A stretch of DNA of 64,000 nucleotides from NCBI GenBank assembly GCA_965197855.1, contig OZ240230.1, positions 301,823-365,822 of the forward strand, written 5' to 3'. Numbering within the stretch: the stretch's first letter is position 1; every line of letters begins with the position of its first letter. The notes beneath the pieces are model-generated. The model did no database searches. It was not told the origin of the DNA and worked only from the letters and a program-made list of their open reading frames with translations. Of this stretch, positions 30,156 through 39,934 are shown one piece after another. Position numbers and translations under genes: made by a program. The stretch comes from Bdellovibrionales bacterium. Lineage in GTDB: Bacteria; Bdellovibrionota; Bdellovibrionia; Bdellovibrionales; UBA1609.

Positions 30156-30920
30156 ATGCACGTCTTACTCTATGTACTGTTATTGTCTGTAATAGCCTGT
30201 GGCCCTCAAAAATCACAAGAACCACCTGCCCCTCAAAATACAAAGAACCAGGATACAATACAAAATCCACTGCCAGCTCCATCTAAGGATAATCCAACAC
30301 CAACCCAGAAAAACACTCCTGAAGAACCAGCCCCTGCTCAAATAGTTAATCCAACCCAAAACATTCCCCCTGAGGCACCTGTTTTACAATTAAATGAGCC
30401 ATTAACAGAAGTTCAGTCAATTTTAGATCAATTAGAAGGAAATTACAGATTTGATCTAGACGTATACCAGGAAGGCTGGAGTAATTTTTGGCGGCATTTG
30501 TCTAGATCTAGCGTCCCAGTATCATTGAGTTTATTGCGAAATCCAAGGCCGCAAACAGAACAATTACTTACGTATGTTCTCTCTGAAGGAAGCCCAAATG
30601 GGCAGTTTTGCACAGTTCACTCTAATTTCATAACTCAAGATGACGCCTCTATAGATCTCCTGGTAGCTGAGCACTCCATATCTAATAATGGAAGGATTGC
30701 AGATTTATACAGCACTAAAAATTTTATTCATGTCTTTAAATCTACAGATAGGTTTAAAGTGTGGTTTTTAGGAGACAATAATTCAGAAGAGGTTATGCTT
30801 ATTCTCCCCAATAACCTGTATAACGAAGAAAATGCTAAGGATTTTGACTCATTATGTCGATCTTGTGGATTTGAAATAGGACAAAATGGTTTATGCCAAC
30901 AAAAACAAGTCAATATTTAA
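30156..30920 (+). CDS. putative lipoprotein with Pro/Gln-rich linker
   Basis: Lipobox-like LLSVIACG, then a low-complexity PAPQNTKNQ..PTPTQKNTPEEPAPAQ linker and a globular C-terminal region. Confidence 0.4.
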   Translation: MHVLLYVLLLSVIACGPQKSQEPPAPQNTKNQDTIQNPLPAPSKDNPTPTQKNTPEEPAPAQIVNPTQNIPPEAPVLQLNEPLTEVQSILDQLEGNYRFDLDVYQEGWSNFWRHLSRSSVPVSLSLLRNPRPQTEQLLTYVLSEGSPNGQFCTVHSNFITQDDASIDLLVAEHSISNNGRIADLYSTKNFIHVFKSTDRFKVWFLGDNNSEEVMLILPNNLYNEENAKDFDSLCRSCGFEIGQNGLCQQKQVNI

Positions 30921-31043
30921 CAAAGGAATGGTAGTTAAAAAAGTATACTTATTAGACAATTTATAAATAATTACTTGTCTGATAAAAAAAAATAAGGCAT
31001 AACCGTAAAAATTGATAGTTCAAGTGAACTAGTATGTTGTTTT

Positions 31044-31691
31044 TTGATAACTTGTAGGAGGGTTAAAAAGATGAGGAATGTATGGACTGTATTGGTGTTA
31101 ATGGCTTCAGCAATTTTCCTAAGTCATTGTGGTGACAGAGAAAAAGATGCAGCTACAGTAGCAGCAGAAAATTTAGGAGCAAACGCTTGTGTTGCTGGAA
31201 CGTATACTGGAGAAGGCGATATTCGTTGGAATTCTATGTGGGCTAATCAAGATTTTGAAGAGGTTGCAGTTGCCTTTGCAGATAGTTCTGCCTTAGTTCG
31301 AGTAAAAGGAGAAGCTGGTGATGTTGTGTGTACACATTATGAAGGAGTTCAAGTAGAAGCAGACGGTGTAAACAGCGTTATAAAAGCTGATAGACTGTCC
31401 AGCGTCAGAGTAGATGGAAGTGGAATCTGGAGTAATACTCTCGCTCAAAGCTTATCTAACTCTATTCAGGTTACTCAATCCACCGACGCATGTACTTTCA
31501 GCATTGGTTCTATTTCGCCAAGAGATGTAACTGATCAAGATAGTAATTCTATTCAAAGTGCAAATTTAGAAAGAGTGGGAGAAGCAGATTATAATGCACT
31601 TCTTTCAGAATGTAGTGCATTAGGAGAGTTTGTTGAAGTCCTACTCCCTGTAGAAGAAGTAGAAGAAGAAGAAACTGAAGAAGAAGCATAA
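31044..31691 (+). CDS. putative lipoprotein, paralog A (acidic C-terminal tail)
   Basis: Signal/lipobox-like AIFLSHCGD. Shares the motifs C..G.Y.G.GD.RWNS, SALVRV.GE.GD..CTHYE.VQ, SLAQSL, IGSISP and NSIQSANLER with the next gene. Probable start is the internal MRNVW. Confidence 0.45.
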   Translation: MITCRRVKKMRNVWTVLVLMASAIFLSHCGDREKDAATVAAENLGANACVAGTYTGEGDIRWNSMWANQDFEEVAVAFADSSALVRVKGEAGDVVCTHYEGVQVEADGVNSVIKADRLSSVRVDGSGIWSNTLAQSLSNSIQVTQSTDACTFSIGSISPRDVTDQDSNSIQSANLERVGEADYNALLSECSALGEFVEVLLPVEEVEEEETEEEA

Positions 31692-31801
31692 TTCAAAAAA
31701 ATCATCTATAAAAACCTAAAAAGGCAAACAGTTTAAATGTTTGCCTTTTTTTTACACATTAACTAACATTATTAGAGAAAGTAGAAAAAGGAGAAAAGAA
31801 C

Positions 31802-32497
31802 ATGAAAAACTTAAAAATATTACTTTGTCTTACTTTAGTATCGTTGTTGTTAGTCCATTGTGAGAACTCTAAAGACGATGGTCCACAGACTCCTCCAGCA
31901 GGACAAACCACTCCTCCGGGAACGGGAACGCCACCAGAGCCTCCTCCACAACAGGGTGTCTCTCAAGATATAACATGCATCACTGGAGTGTACTCTGGAA
32001 GAGGTGATCTTCGGTGGAACTCCCTAAACGGATCATTTTGGGATGGTTTCAATCAAAATATAAAAGTTGCAATTATCCTCTCTGGTAACTCTGCCTTAGT
32101 TCGAGTGGATGGAGAAGATGGTGATATTCTTTGTACACATTATGAAGATGTTCAAGGCGTAGAAGAAGATGGTATCACTACTTTAAATGCCATTAAAATC
32201 ACAAGCAGTAGAGAAGAAGGAGATGATTGGTTGTACAGTTCATCTCTTGCTCAAAGCCTAGCTGGTATTCAAATTACTCAACCCAACTATGCATGTAATT
32301 TCAACATTGGTTCTATTTCGCCCAAAAATATTAATGAGAAAAATACTAATTCTATTCAAAGTGCAAATTTAGAAAGGACTAATGACCCAGTCGATTTCAA
32401 CACACTCTTAGCTTCATGTGGTGGAATAGAAAGTTTTGAAGAAATTGCACTTCCTCAAGAAGAAGCCGAAGAGGCTGATAGTAACGAAGCTTCATAA
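31802..32497 (+). CDS. putative lipoprotein, paralog B (acidic C-terminal tail)
   Basis: Lipobox-like LLLVHCEN and a Pro-rich linker. Same motif set as 31044-31691, with near-identical DNA stretches (ctctgccttagttcgagt; aattctattcaaagtgcaaatttagaaag). Confidence 0.45.
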   Translation: MKNLKILLCLTLVSLLLVHCENSKDDGPQTPPAGQTTPPGTGTPPEPPPQQGVSQDITCITGVYSGRGDLRWNSLNGSFWDGFNQNIKVAIILSGNSALVRVDGEDGDILCTHYEDVQGVEEDGITTLNAIKITSSREEGDDWLYSSSLAQSLAGIQITQPNYACNFNIGSISPKNINEKNTNSIQSANLERTNDPVDFNTLLASCGGIESFEEIALPQEEAEEADSNEAS

Positions 32498-32668
32498 TAA
32501 ATTTATAGATTTAAGATGTCGCCAACACCTTAAATCTATTATATTTTGAAAAGACCTTAAAAAAATCATATTTTAAAAACATATCTTTCTAATGGCGTGA
32601 AATTATTACACTGTTATACAAAAAAGTAGATTTTAAATTCAAGTTCTGTTAATGTGACGCCATAACAT

Positions 32669-33019
32669 ATGAAGAAGGTTTTTAAAGTGAAAAAATGGAT
32701 TTTTATAATAGCTTTATGTTCATCATCCTATGCTTTTGCATCATGGTATCCTGTTTACGGTCACGGCCACGATCATGGACATTATCGTACTGTTTGTAAT
32801 TATTATGGATGTCGACCTATTCAAGTTCCCTGTAGTTACTTGTTTCACACATGTCCTTTAATCTCAGTGAATATAAACTTCCCTGTACTTCCTTCATGGT
32901 TTAATCCTCACGTTTCTTTATTTGGGATATGCGCACGTGATCACAATATGTGTCTTTGGAATGCTCCTCCGAATGTTTGCACATATAGATACTATGCCTG
33001 CATGGGTTACTATTACTGA
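32669..33019 (+). CDS. small secreted Cys/His/Tyr-rich protein
   Basis: Signal peptide (IFIIALCSSSYAFA), an HGHDHGHY motif, 10 Cys in the mature part and a C-terminal GYYY. Confidence 0.35.
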   Translation: MKKVFKVKKWIFIIALCSSSYAFASWYPVYGHGHDHGHYRTVCNYYGCRPIQVPCSYLFHTCPLISVNINFPVLPSWFNPHVSLFGICARDHNMCLWNAPPNVCTYRYYACMGYYY

Positions 33020-33258
33020 TATTACATACATACCCCTCTATGAAAGTGATACGAAAAGGGGAATTCAGCTTTCCTAAGAATGTGACCATTTTTACTCAAT
33101 AAATGACCATTTTTGATCGCCTGAACAAAAAATAATATATTCTCTAAATAGTCTTCAAAATGCTATTCCCCACACTTCTTTTATTCCAGAAACTAATGAC
33201 ACATCCATTTTCTTAGGCATTACAATAATTTACATCTTTTTAAGATAGATTCAAAAAA

Positions 33259-34254
33259 TTGAAACAAAAACACTTTCCGCTAACACTCTACTTATCTGTA
33301 GCAGACATAAAAGTTGCATCTCAGCTAAACATGGAATGGATAAAATATTTTGCACTCTTAAGCTGGCAAGGCCAAAAGGTTTTTATTGATGATTTTACTC
33401 AACTTCGTAAACAACACGGAGAAGTGAAATCCCCTGAAGACTTACATCCATTTTACAACAGTCCATCTACTCAAAGATATTTATTGGAAAACAAAGATTG
33501 GTGGAAAAAAGCAGAAAAACATATCAAAATATGTGAAAGGCAGAATATTCAACTGACATGGCCTGGGCAGTACGACTACCCTTCCCTTTTATATTACTAC
33601 AAGAACTCACCTGTTTTATTAAGTTATAAAGGAACTCCGGCCTGGCTTAAACATTTTCAATTTTGCGTAGTGGGAAGCAGAAAAATTCATCCCTCTACCT
33701 GCCAATGGATGGACCATTTCTTAAGCATATTTTTAAAAAAATACCCTGTATGTCTTCTCAGCGGTGGAGCTAGAGGAGTGGATCAAAAAGGACATGCTTT
33801 AGCCATCCGATCTCAAACACCTACTGTTTGTTTTCTACCCTGTGGTTTATCCAACATCTATCCAAAAAATCTCAAAGAATGGCACAAATCTATTTTACAA
33901 ACAGAAGGTGCTTTTCTCAGCCCCTTTCCTCCAGATTTTCAAGTTCAAAAATCTGCTTTTCACTATAGAAATTCTATTATGGTCCGTATGTCTCATCTGG
34001 TTTTTATACTACAAGCAGAAGAGAGGAGTGGATCTATGTTGACAGCTCAAAAAGCGGCTCACTTGGGAGTCACTTTATGCACACTTCCCGGTCCTGTCAT
34101 GAATCCCCTTTTTGTAGGAAATTTAAAACTCATTAATGAAGGAATTTTAATGATTAGAGATAACCAGGATTTAGAAACTTTATACCAAGCTCAAACTCTA
34201 TTTCACCAAAATAAAGAAAATCCCATCAACACGCAATCTATTAACTTGCTTTAA
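33259..34254 (+). CDS. dprA: DNA processing protein DprA (Smf)
   Basis: Rossmann-like core with LLSGGARGVDQKGHALAI and SGSMLTAQKAAHLG motifs. Non-ATG (TTG) start in the ORF track. Confidence 0.85.
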   Translation: MKQKHFPLTLYLSVADIKVASQLNMEWIKYFALLSWQGQKVFIDDFTQLRKQHGEVKSPEDLHPFYNSPSTQRYLLENKDWWKKAEKHIKICERQNIQLTWPGQYDYPSLLYYYKNSPVLLSYKGTPAWLKHFQFCVVGSRKIHPSTCQWMDHFLSIFLKKYPVCLLSGGARGVDQKGHALAIRSQTPTVCFLPCGLSNIYPKNLKEWHKSILQTEGAFLSPFPPDFQVQKSAFHYRNSIMVRMSHLVFILQAEERSGSMLTAQKAAHLGVTLCTLPGPVMNPLFVGNLKLINEGILMIRDNQDLETLYQAQTLFHQNKENPINTQSINLL

Positions 34255-36127
34255 ATAAATTCTTAAAAAATCCAACCTTTTTTAAAGATTGCTCTACTGC
34301 CACTAAATCGATCTTAGCATGAATAAAATCAGGTTCTAAATTTAAACATCTTTTTAACAATTGTCTTGCCAGGTGGTTTTCCTCTTTCTTCATCATAAAC
34401 AAAGCTTTACAGTAGTAATAAAGATATGAATATTTATCCTCCACACTGGTGCGCTCTACTTTATACAACACTCTATCTCTATCTTCAGCATTTTTAAACT
34501 GTTCGAAAACCTTCATATACATCCAACAGTAATAAAGATGAACCACTGAAGGGGTCCCTTTTTGATTTTGTAAAGATTCTAATATAGATAATGCGTTTGA
34601 AAATTCTTTTTTCTGAATTAAATTTTTAGCTTTACTAAATTGCACAAGCCCTTCTACAACATCTTCCTGAAAACCTGACTGAAGTCCCTTTATATACTCT
34701 TCTCTTTTACTATCACTTAACAACACACCTTTTATTTCATTGATACGTAAAATCACCTCATGACATTGTTGTTCCACAAGTAAAGAGAGTTGACCTTGAT
34801 ACTGATCAGGGTGGAAGAGACTCAGCACCTCCATAATTCTTTCTTTAATCTTACTTACAGAATCATTCGTATGTAGATTCAATAACTCATAATAATTTTG
34901 CGTTTTCATTCTTTTCTTAAAATCAAAAAGCTTTCCTTCAACATGCTTAAAACTATATGCTTCATTAGAATTTTTCTTTAAATAAAGAAATTTCATAATC
35001 AGCATATAATAGAGACAAAATTGAATTTCTTCTTTTTTAAGAGATAAACTATTTACAGAATTTCCAACGACACGAGATAAGGAATCTCCATCACGGATCA
35101 GAGAGATAATTTTTCTACACTTTTTCATCCATCCAGTACTATCTTCCTCTCTTCCTATTTCCGTCACTGCAGATCGATGAACAAAATCAGAGCCCTTCAA
35201 TTCAAAAAAATCATGAATCCAACTTGAATCTATTTTAGACCACAAAGTTTCTGCCAGCATCACCCTAATATCATTTAAACTAAAAGATTCTGAAAGAGTA
35301 TTTAAACTCAACTTCTTTAATTCGATAGAATAAGTGGCATCTTTTTGAATCAACTCACTCAATCTAATTTTAGTTTGCTCTTTAAGAATAAAATAAAGAG
35401 AATGAGGACTAGTGAACCCATATTTAATGAGTTTTTCTCCAGTCAACCCTGGTTTAGAGCTTTGAAGAACCTTCTTAATATCTTGAGCAGAAGCAAAACC
35501 ATAGGCCGCCATTAAAACCCCTAAATAAGATTTCCTATGTGGAGATGTGATACGAATAAGATTTCCATCAGAAAAAAATAATGTGGCATCAATTTCATCG
35601 TTCTTTAAGAGAATATTACCAGAAAAACGAGATAAAGCACATAAAGAATAAAGCACTGCCAATTGATGATCTTTAACAGACTCCTGCTCTTTTAATAATT
35701 TTAGAACATCCGTACTAGATAAGTGCTCTTCATAAAAAGAGGAAAGGAAACCTTCAGATTTATTATCTTTCAAATCAAGTTTTTTAAATTCTGAGATCAC
35801 TAAAGATTCATTGATAGGCTTACTTAAAAACAAACCTACCTGAGAACGAATAGAGTCTGGAAAGCTATTTTCTTTTACGACACCACTCATAAACCAAATA
35901 ACTGCTTGAGATGTATCAATACTACACCTTTCAATAATCTCCACTCCATTACTACTTCCAGGCAATAATACATCTACAACATATAAATTAAAATTTTTTA
36001 AAGATAATTGAAATCGAAAATCCTCAACATCCCGAACAGTGCAAACTTCTGTAGCGCCCAACCTGGTAAATAAATCTTTGAGCCATTTAAGAGTCAACTC
36101 ATCATCATCTAAAATCAGAATCTTCAT
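34241..36127 (-). CDS. response-regulator receiver domain protein with central DUF4388/PATAN-like region, J-domain and C-terminal TPR-like repeats
   Basis: Receiver N-terminus (MKILILDDDELTLKWL..LYVVDVLLPG). J-domain with HPD motif (NYYELLNLHTNDSVSKIKERIMEVLSLFHPDQ). The PATAN assignment rests on weak recall of the motif G.L....G....I.F..G.I. Confidence 0.6.
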   Translation of the reverse strand: MKILILDDDELTLKWLKDLFTRLGATEVCTVRDVEDFRFQLSLKNFNLYVVDVLLPGSSNGVEIIERCSIDTSQAVIWFMSGVVKENSFPDSIRSQVGLFLSKPINESLVISEFKKLDLKDNKSEGFLSSFYEEHLSSTDVLKLLKEQESVKDHQLAVLYSLCALSRFSGNILLKNDEIDATLFFSDGNLIRITSPHRKSYLGVLMAAYGFASAQDIKKVLQSSKPGLTGEKLIKYGFTSPHSLYFILKEQTKIRLSELIQKDATYSIELKKLSLNTLSESFSLNDIRVMLAETLWSKIDSSWIHDFFELKGSDFVHRSAVTEIGREEDSTGWMKKCRKIISLIRDGDSLSRVVGNSVNSLSLKKEEIQFCLYYMLIMKFLYLKKNSNEAYSFKHVEGKLFDFKKRMKTQNYYELLNLHTNDSVSKIKERIMEVLSLFHPDQYQGQLSLLVEQQCHEVILRINEIKGVLLSDSKREEYIKGLQSGFQEDVVEGLVQFSKAKNLIQKKEFSNALSILESLQNQKGTPSVVHLYYCWMYMKVFEQFKNAEDRDRVLYKVERTSVEDKYSYLYYYCKALFMMKKEENHLARQLLKRCLNLEPDFIHAKIDLVAVEQSLKKVGFFKNLFKAS

Positions 36128-36164
36128 AATATAAATTATCGGATGAATAAAGAAAATTCTTTTG

Positions 36165-38042
36165 CTATTCTTCCCCCCACTCTAGCTCTTCATCTTCATA
36201 ATCATCTAAAAAGCTTTCTTCTGTCTGATCCTCATCTGAAGATAGTGCTTCCTCTTCACTTTCCACAGGAAATAATTCAACATCTCCATCCTCTTGTAAA
36301 GTGGATTCATTTGAGACATTACCCTCTTCTTCAGTACCCTCTAAAATAGACTCTGATTCATCAAACTCCTGTACATCTTCCAAAATAGGTTCCTCTATCT
36401 CTTCTAAGTTGCCATCTATTTCATCAAAAGTATCTTCTGATTCTTGAGAAAAAGTGCCTGTTTCTTCCTCACTAGCTTCATTCATCACCTCATCTGCCTC
36501 ATAAACATCATCGTCAGTTGCAAAATCTTCTTCCTCATCATCTTCGTACGTATTATCCCGCTCATCTGCCTCATAAACATCATCTGCTTCTGAGTCAGGC
36601 ACATAACCAGCTTGGTCCAATGGATCTAAGTAATCTCCTGGGTAACTCACATCTTTTAAATGTGTTACAAACCCAGTCGAAAAATCTCCTGCAGTATGTA
36701 CAATCACCACACGTCCTAAAGCTTTTCCAAAAGCACGATCATGAAACCTGGGATTGGCCTGAATATTGAATACATCTCCCACATTCACATTATTATTACT
36801 TCCTTTATTGAGATAGATAAAAGAATGCACTGTTAACGCAAGTGAAGATTGATCATTCGGAATGGAAGTAATCTGCGCCCTGTTCTGTCCGGATCGTATA
36901 TCAGACTGAAAATCAAAAACAGATGGAGTCTCCCTAATAAGTTTAGAGTCTTCACTTATCTCATTATACATTTTTATCACTTTAACAAAATAAAGACCTT
37001 CTCTATTTGGTACAGGAGAGGTGACTCTCACCTGAGCTTGAAAAATAACCTCATAGCCAAAAGGACCTGAAATAAATAGCGATCGAGATCTGACTTTTCT
37101 CATTGGACTAATAACACTAAAAATATCTCCTGAACTAGCTGGAACATCCAATTCCACAACAATTTCAGAAGTGGGGACAGGTATTCCATCCAACACATCA
37201 AAAATATTTCCCACAATATCAATATCATTCCTATCCACCTGATAATTCACAACCACATTTTTATGAGATGTTGATAGATTTCTGCCAAGACCTATAATAT
37301 CAATCCCCTGTTCAGGAGCTAATTTAATAGGTGGTAAACTGTCCGGAATCACTCCTAAACGACCTGGAGCAATAAAAGGCTGTAACCCTGTATCCTCATC
37401 TTCTTCTTCTTGTGAAAGAAGAAAATTTTTCAACTGATCCGTGTCTTTCACTTTTCGTTCCCGCAACTTCTTTTTCATAGCTCTACATTTAACTTCACTG
37501 TCATACACACTTGTTGAGCCCTGTATATTTAGAATAATCCCTAAATCCGTCACACAAGAATTTTCTGTGGAATACTCTGCAGTTACCACAGAACTTGAAG
37601 GCGCAGATCCATTTTGCAATACAGTTGATCCACCCACAGAAGGAGGAGAAACGTCTTTCGTTTTAGTCACAGCCTGACCGTTGATAACAGCTCTTGGAAC
37701 CTGCCCCTCACTTCCCATAATAACTTGAAGTTCATAACCAATAGAAACTCGATGAGGATTTGAAAGATCTGCATTCACCGACCATAACTTAGGCCAATGA
37801 TTGGAATTGTCAAAAAGCATACGGCTAATGTCCCATAAGTTATCCCCTTTCTGCATAGTATATATATTCACGCTTTTTTGACGTATGAGTTCCTGCCATT
37901 CGTTCACAGACATTTGTTGACTATGATAAGTTTTATATATGGAATAAAACTTACTTTCATGGTCAGGATCTAAAGGAGCAATTCCTAAATTTTCCGCATG
38001 AATATAGAAACAAAAAAATAAAACAAACGAAATCCATTTCAT
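36165..38042 (-). CDS. secreted LysM-domain protein with extremely acidic C-terminal region
   Basis: Signal peptide. LysM motif YTMQKGDNLWDISRMLF..HWPKLWSVN. The last ~150 aa are dominated by D/E. Confidence 0.65.
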   Translation of the reverse strand: MKWISFVLFFCFYIHAENLGIAPLDPDHESKFYSIYKTYHSQQMSVNEWQELIRQKSVNIYTMQKGDNLWDISRMLFDNSNHWPKLWSVNADLSNPHRVSIGYELQVIMGSEGQVPRAVINGQAVTKTKDVSPPSVGGSTVLQNGSAPSSSVVTAEYSTENSCVTDLGIILNIQGSTSVYDSEVKCRAMKKKLRERKVKDTDQLKNFLLSQEEEDEDTGLQPFIAPGRLGVIPDSLPPIKLAPEQGIDIIGLGRNLSTSHKNVVVNYQVDRNDIDIVGNIFDVLDGIPVPTSEIVVELDVPASSGDIFSVISPMRKVRSRSLFISGPFGYEVIFQAQVRVTSPVPNREGLYFVKVIKMYNEISEDSKLIRETPSVFDFQSDIRSGQNRAQITSIPNDQSSLALTVHSFIYLNKGSNNNVNVGDVFNIQANPRFHDRAFGKALGRVVIVHTAGDFSTGFVTHLKDVSYPGDYLDPLDQAGYVPDSEADDVYEADERDNTYEDDEEEDFATDDDVYEADEVMNEASEEETGTFSQESEDTFDEIDGNLEEIEEPILEDVQEFDESESILEGTEEEGNVSNESTLQEDGDVELFPVESEEEALSSDEDQTEESFLDDYEDEELEWGEE

Positions 38043-38410
38043 CTTTTTATTAAAACCTAATTTGTTCTAAAATTCACTAGGAAAACTTTCATATTTAAGA
38101 TAGATCAAACGGTCATTTTTTTATGTGAATAAAAAAATATTTTTTCAAAAACTGTCTAAAAAGTTATCAGGACTTTTATCTGGGCTTTTCACTTTCAGAG
38201 ACTCTACCAATTTTAAGTGGACAGATTTATAAAAACTTCACAGATATTAAATAAAGACCAATATCAACAGTCAAGGACCATTTGTCCATGTGATCAGACA
38301 TTATAAATCAACTCAAACAACTATCTTTTTCAAATAAATAGCACAAACATTTCATTCGTATGCAATCTATCATTGACAAATGAACTATTCTTTTTTATAA
38401 AAGAAAAACC

Positions 38411-38652
38411 ATGAAAATAAAAGAACAAACTCCCTTTTCTACTACTTTAAACAAAAAATCAATGAAATCTTGGAAATACTGCAAATTAACCCTTTAAATG
38501 AAATTCTCAATATAAGAAAAATTCAAAATACAAAAAGTCACTACAGAGTGAGGGTTGGACATTATAGAATCATTCACTCTGTTCAAAAAAGACAGCTCAC
38601 TATTGAAATCATCCGAGTGGGACATCGTCAAAATGTGTATAAATTTTTCTAA
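38411..38652 (+). pseudogene. RelE/ParE-family toxin gene, apparently frameshifted at an A-run, with no adjacent antitoxin
   Basis: C-terminal part ..HYRVRVGHYRIIHSVQKRQLTIEIIRVGHRQNVY matches the RelE/StbE core (YRIRVGDYRIIY..GHRKDVY). The ATG at 38411 (MKIKEQTPFSTTLNKK..) is in a different frame and stops at 38495-38497. The two frames can be joined near the A6 run at 38453-38458. Confidence 0.55.
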
Positions 38653-39182
38653 TAAGGAAGATCGACATTAACTCCCTGACAGTCAAAAGCCTTAATCTGA
38701 TAAATTCGCCAATCTTTTTTTTCATATTTCCAATCCATTTTGATCTGACAACTCATACTTGCACTATCTGCCTGACCGGTAATTAAAAAGGAGACCTGCC
38801 CTGTTTTTTTTTCATCACTTGCTTTTGAAACCTGAGTAGTTAAATTTTCTTCTTTTACTGACTGCAATGTCAGTTTTTCCTTTGCTCCAAAATACGAACC
38901 GACCATAGAACGCATGGCGGCCGCAGATTCCCTTTCAAAAATAACTTGATCATTTTTAGAAACCTCAAACTTGACCGAAAAATGCATAGGTTCAGTCACC
39001 TTGCGCACTCGCCCTATAACAGATGCCATATTGGAAGAATCTAAAGGAGAAACAAGTAAATCAATCATTTTTAATGTTGTTTTTTTAAGATAATCCTCAT
39101 CGCTTTCCAGAAAAAAGAAATAAACAGCTCCTGCAATTCCTACAAGGATTATTAAAATTTTTGGATTTCTAAGTAAAACCAT
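38649..39182 (-). CDS. membrane-anchored hypothetical protein
   Basis: N-terminal TM helix (ILIILVGIAGAVYFFFL). 177 aa with no recognised motif. Confidence 0.4.
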   Translation of the reverse strand: MVLLRNPKILIILVGIAGAVYFFFLESDEDYLKKTTLKMIDLLVSPLDSSNMASVIGRVRKVTEPMHFSVKFEVSKNDQVIFERESAAAMRSMVGSYFGAKEKLTLQSVKEENLTTQVSKASDEKKTGQVSFLITGQADSASMSCQIKMDWKYEKKDWRIYQIKAFDCQGVNVDLPY

Positions 39183-39373
39183 ACTTTTATATTTTAATAT
39201 CTTTTAAAGACAAAAGAAAACACTTTATAAGCAAATAGTCATGACTTCTTTATTCAACAACAATGATATGATCCCCAAGATACTCTCGATCTATACATAT
39301 TGACCCATCTCTAAAAATGATTCCATCACCCTCACAACTCTCAACATTCTTATATAAGAATAGGTTTAGCTCA

Positions 39374-39934
39374 TTACTCAATCTCAGTATCATCTCCAGC
39401 AAGATCACCAGGCTCCCCAACCTCATACACATTCACCTTTATACCTTCATCTACAAAAAACACTTCATCATCATTATGACAATCATGAAACTCTACATCT
39501 ACGGGATTTGGAATAAGTACGCTACATTGAATACCATCATACACACTGCCGTCAATGTCCGCAGTAAAAGCTATTTGATCATATTGCACTTGCTCCTGTG
39601 TATTCGGATCAGGCGTATGAGGCATGATAGAAACATTATCCACTTTCTGAATAGACTGAACTTCTCTCACCATAACATTTGCAAATTTCTCCGGGTCTAA
39701 ATGAAGAGTTCTCTCACGATCACTGCTTATAGCATCTGTAACTACAAAAAAATCTGAATGTGCAAATGCAGAGGTAGATCTAACAACCATACGATCTTCT
39801 GCAAAATTAATACTTATAGTTAATCCTAAATATAGACCTATACAAAGAATGAATTGTTTCATTATACTCCCTCCTAAGTCTTTCCGTTTTACTCTATATG
39901 TCTCTATTTTACAATGATGAAATGATCTCCACAC
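39374..39934 (-). CDS. secreted hypothetical protein
   Basis: An internal Met gives the signal peptide MKQFILCIGLYLGLTISINFA, which is probably the real start (about 39862). Confidence 0.4.
   Translation of the reverse strand: MWRSFHHCKIETYRVKRKDLGGSIMKQFILCIGLYLGLTISINFAEDRMVVRSTSAFAHSDFFVVTDAISSDRERTLHLDPEKFANVMVREVQSIQKVDNVSIMPHTPDPNTQEQVQYDQIAFTADIDGSVYDGIQCSVLIPNPVDVEFHDCHNDDEVFFVDEGIKVNVYEVGEPGDLAGDDTEIE

Noticed and set aside
39250-39432. 60-aa ORF overlapping the 3' end of 39374-39934; possible frameshifted continuation
   Set aside because: It has no independent start signals and I could not identify any homology. A frameshift extension cannot be excluded, but the sequence alone does not support it. 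The antisense ORF 39317-39700 is likewise unsupported.
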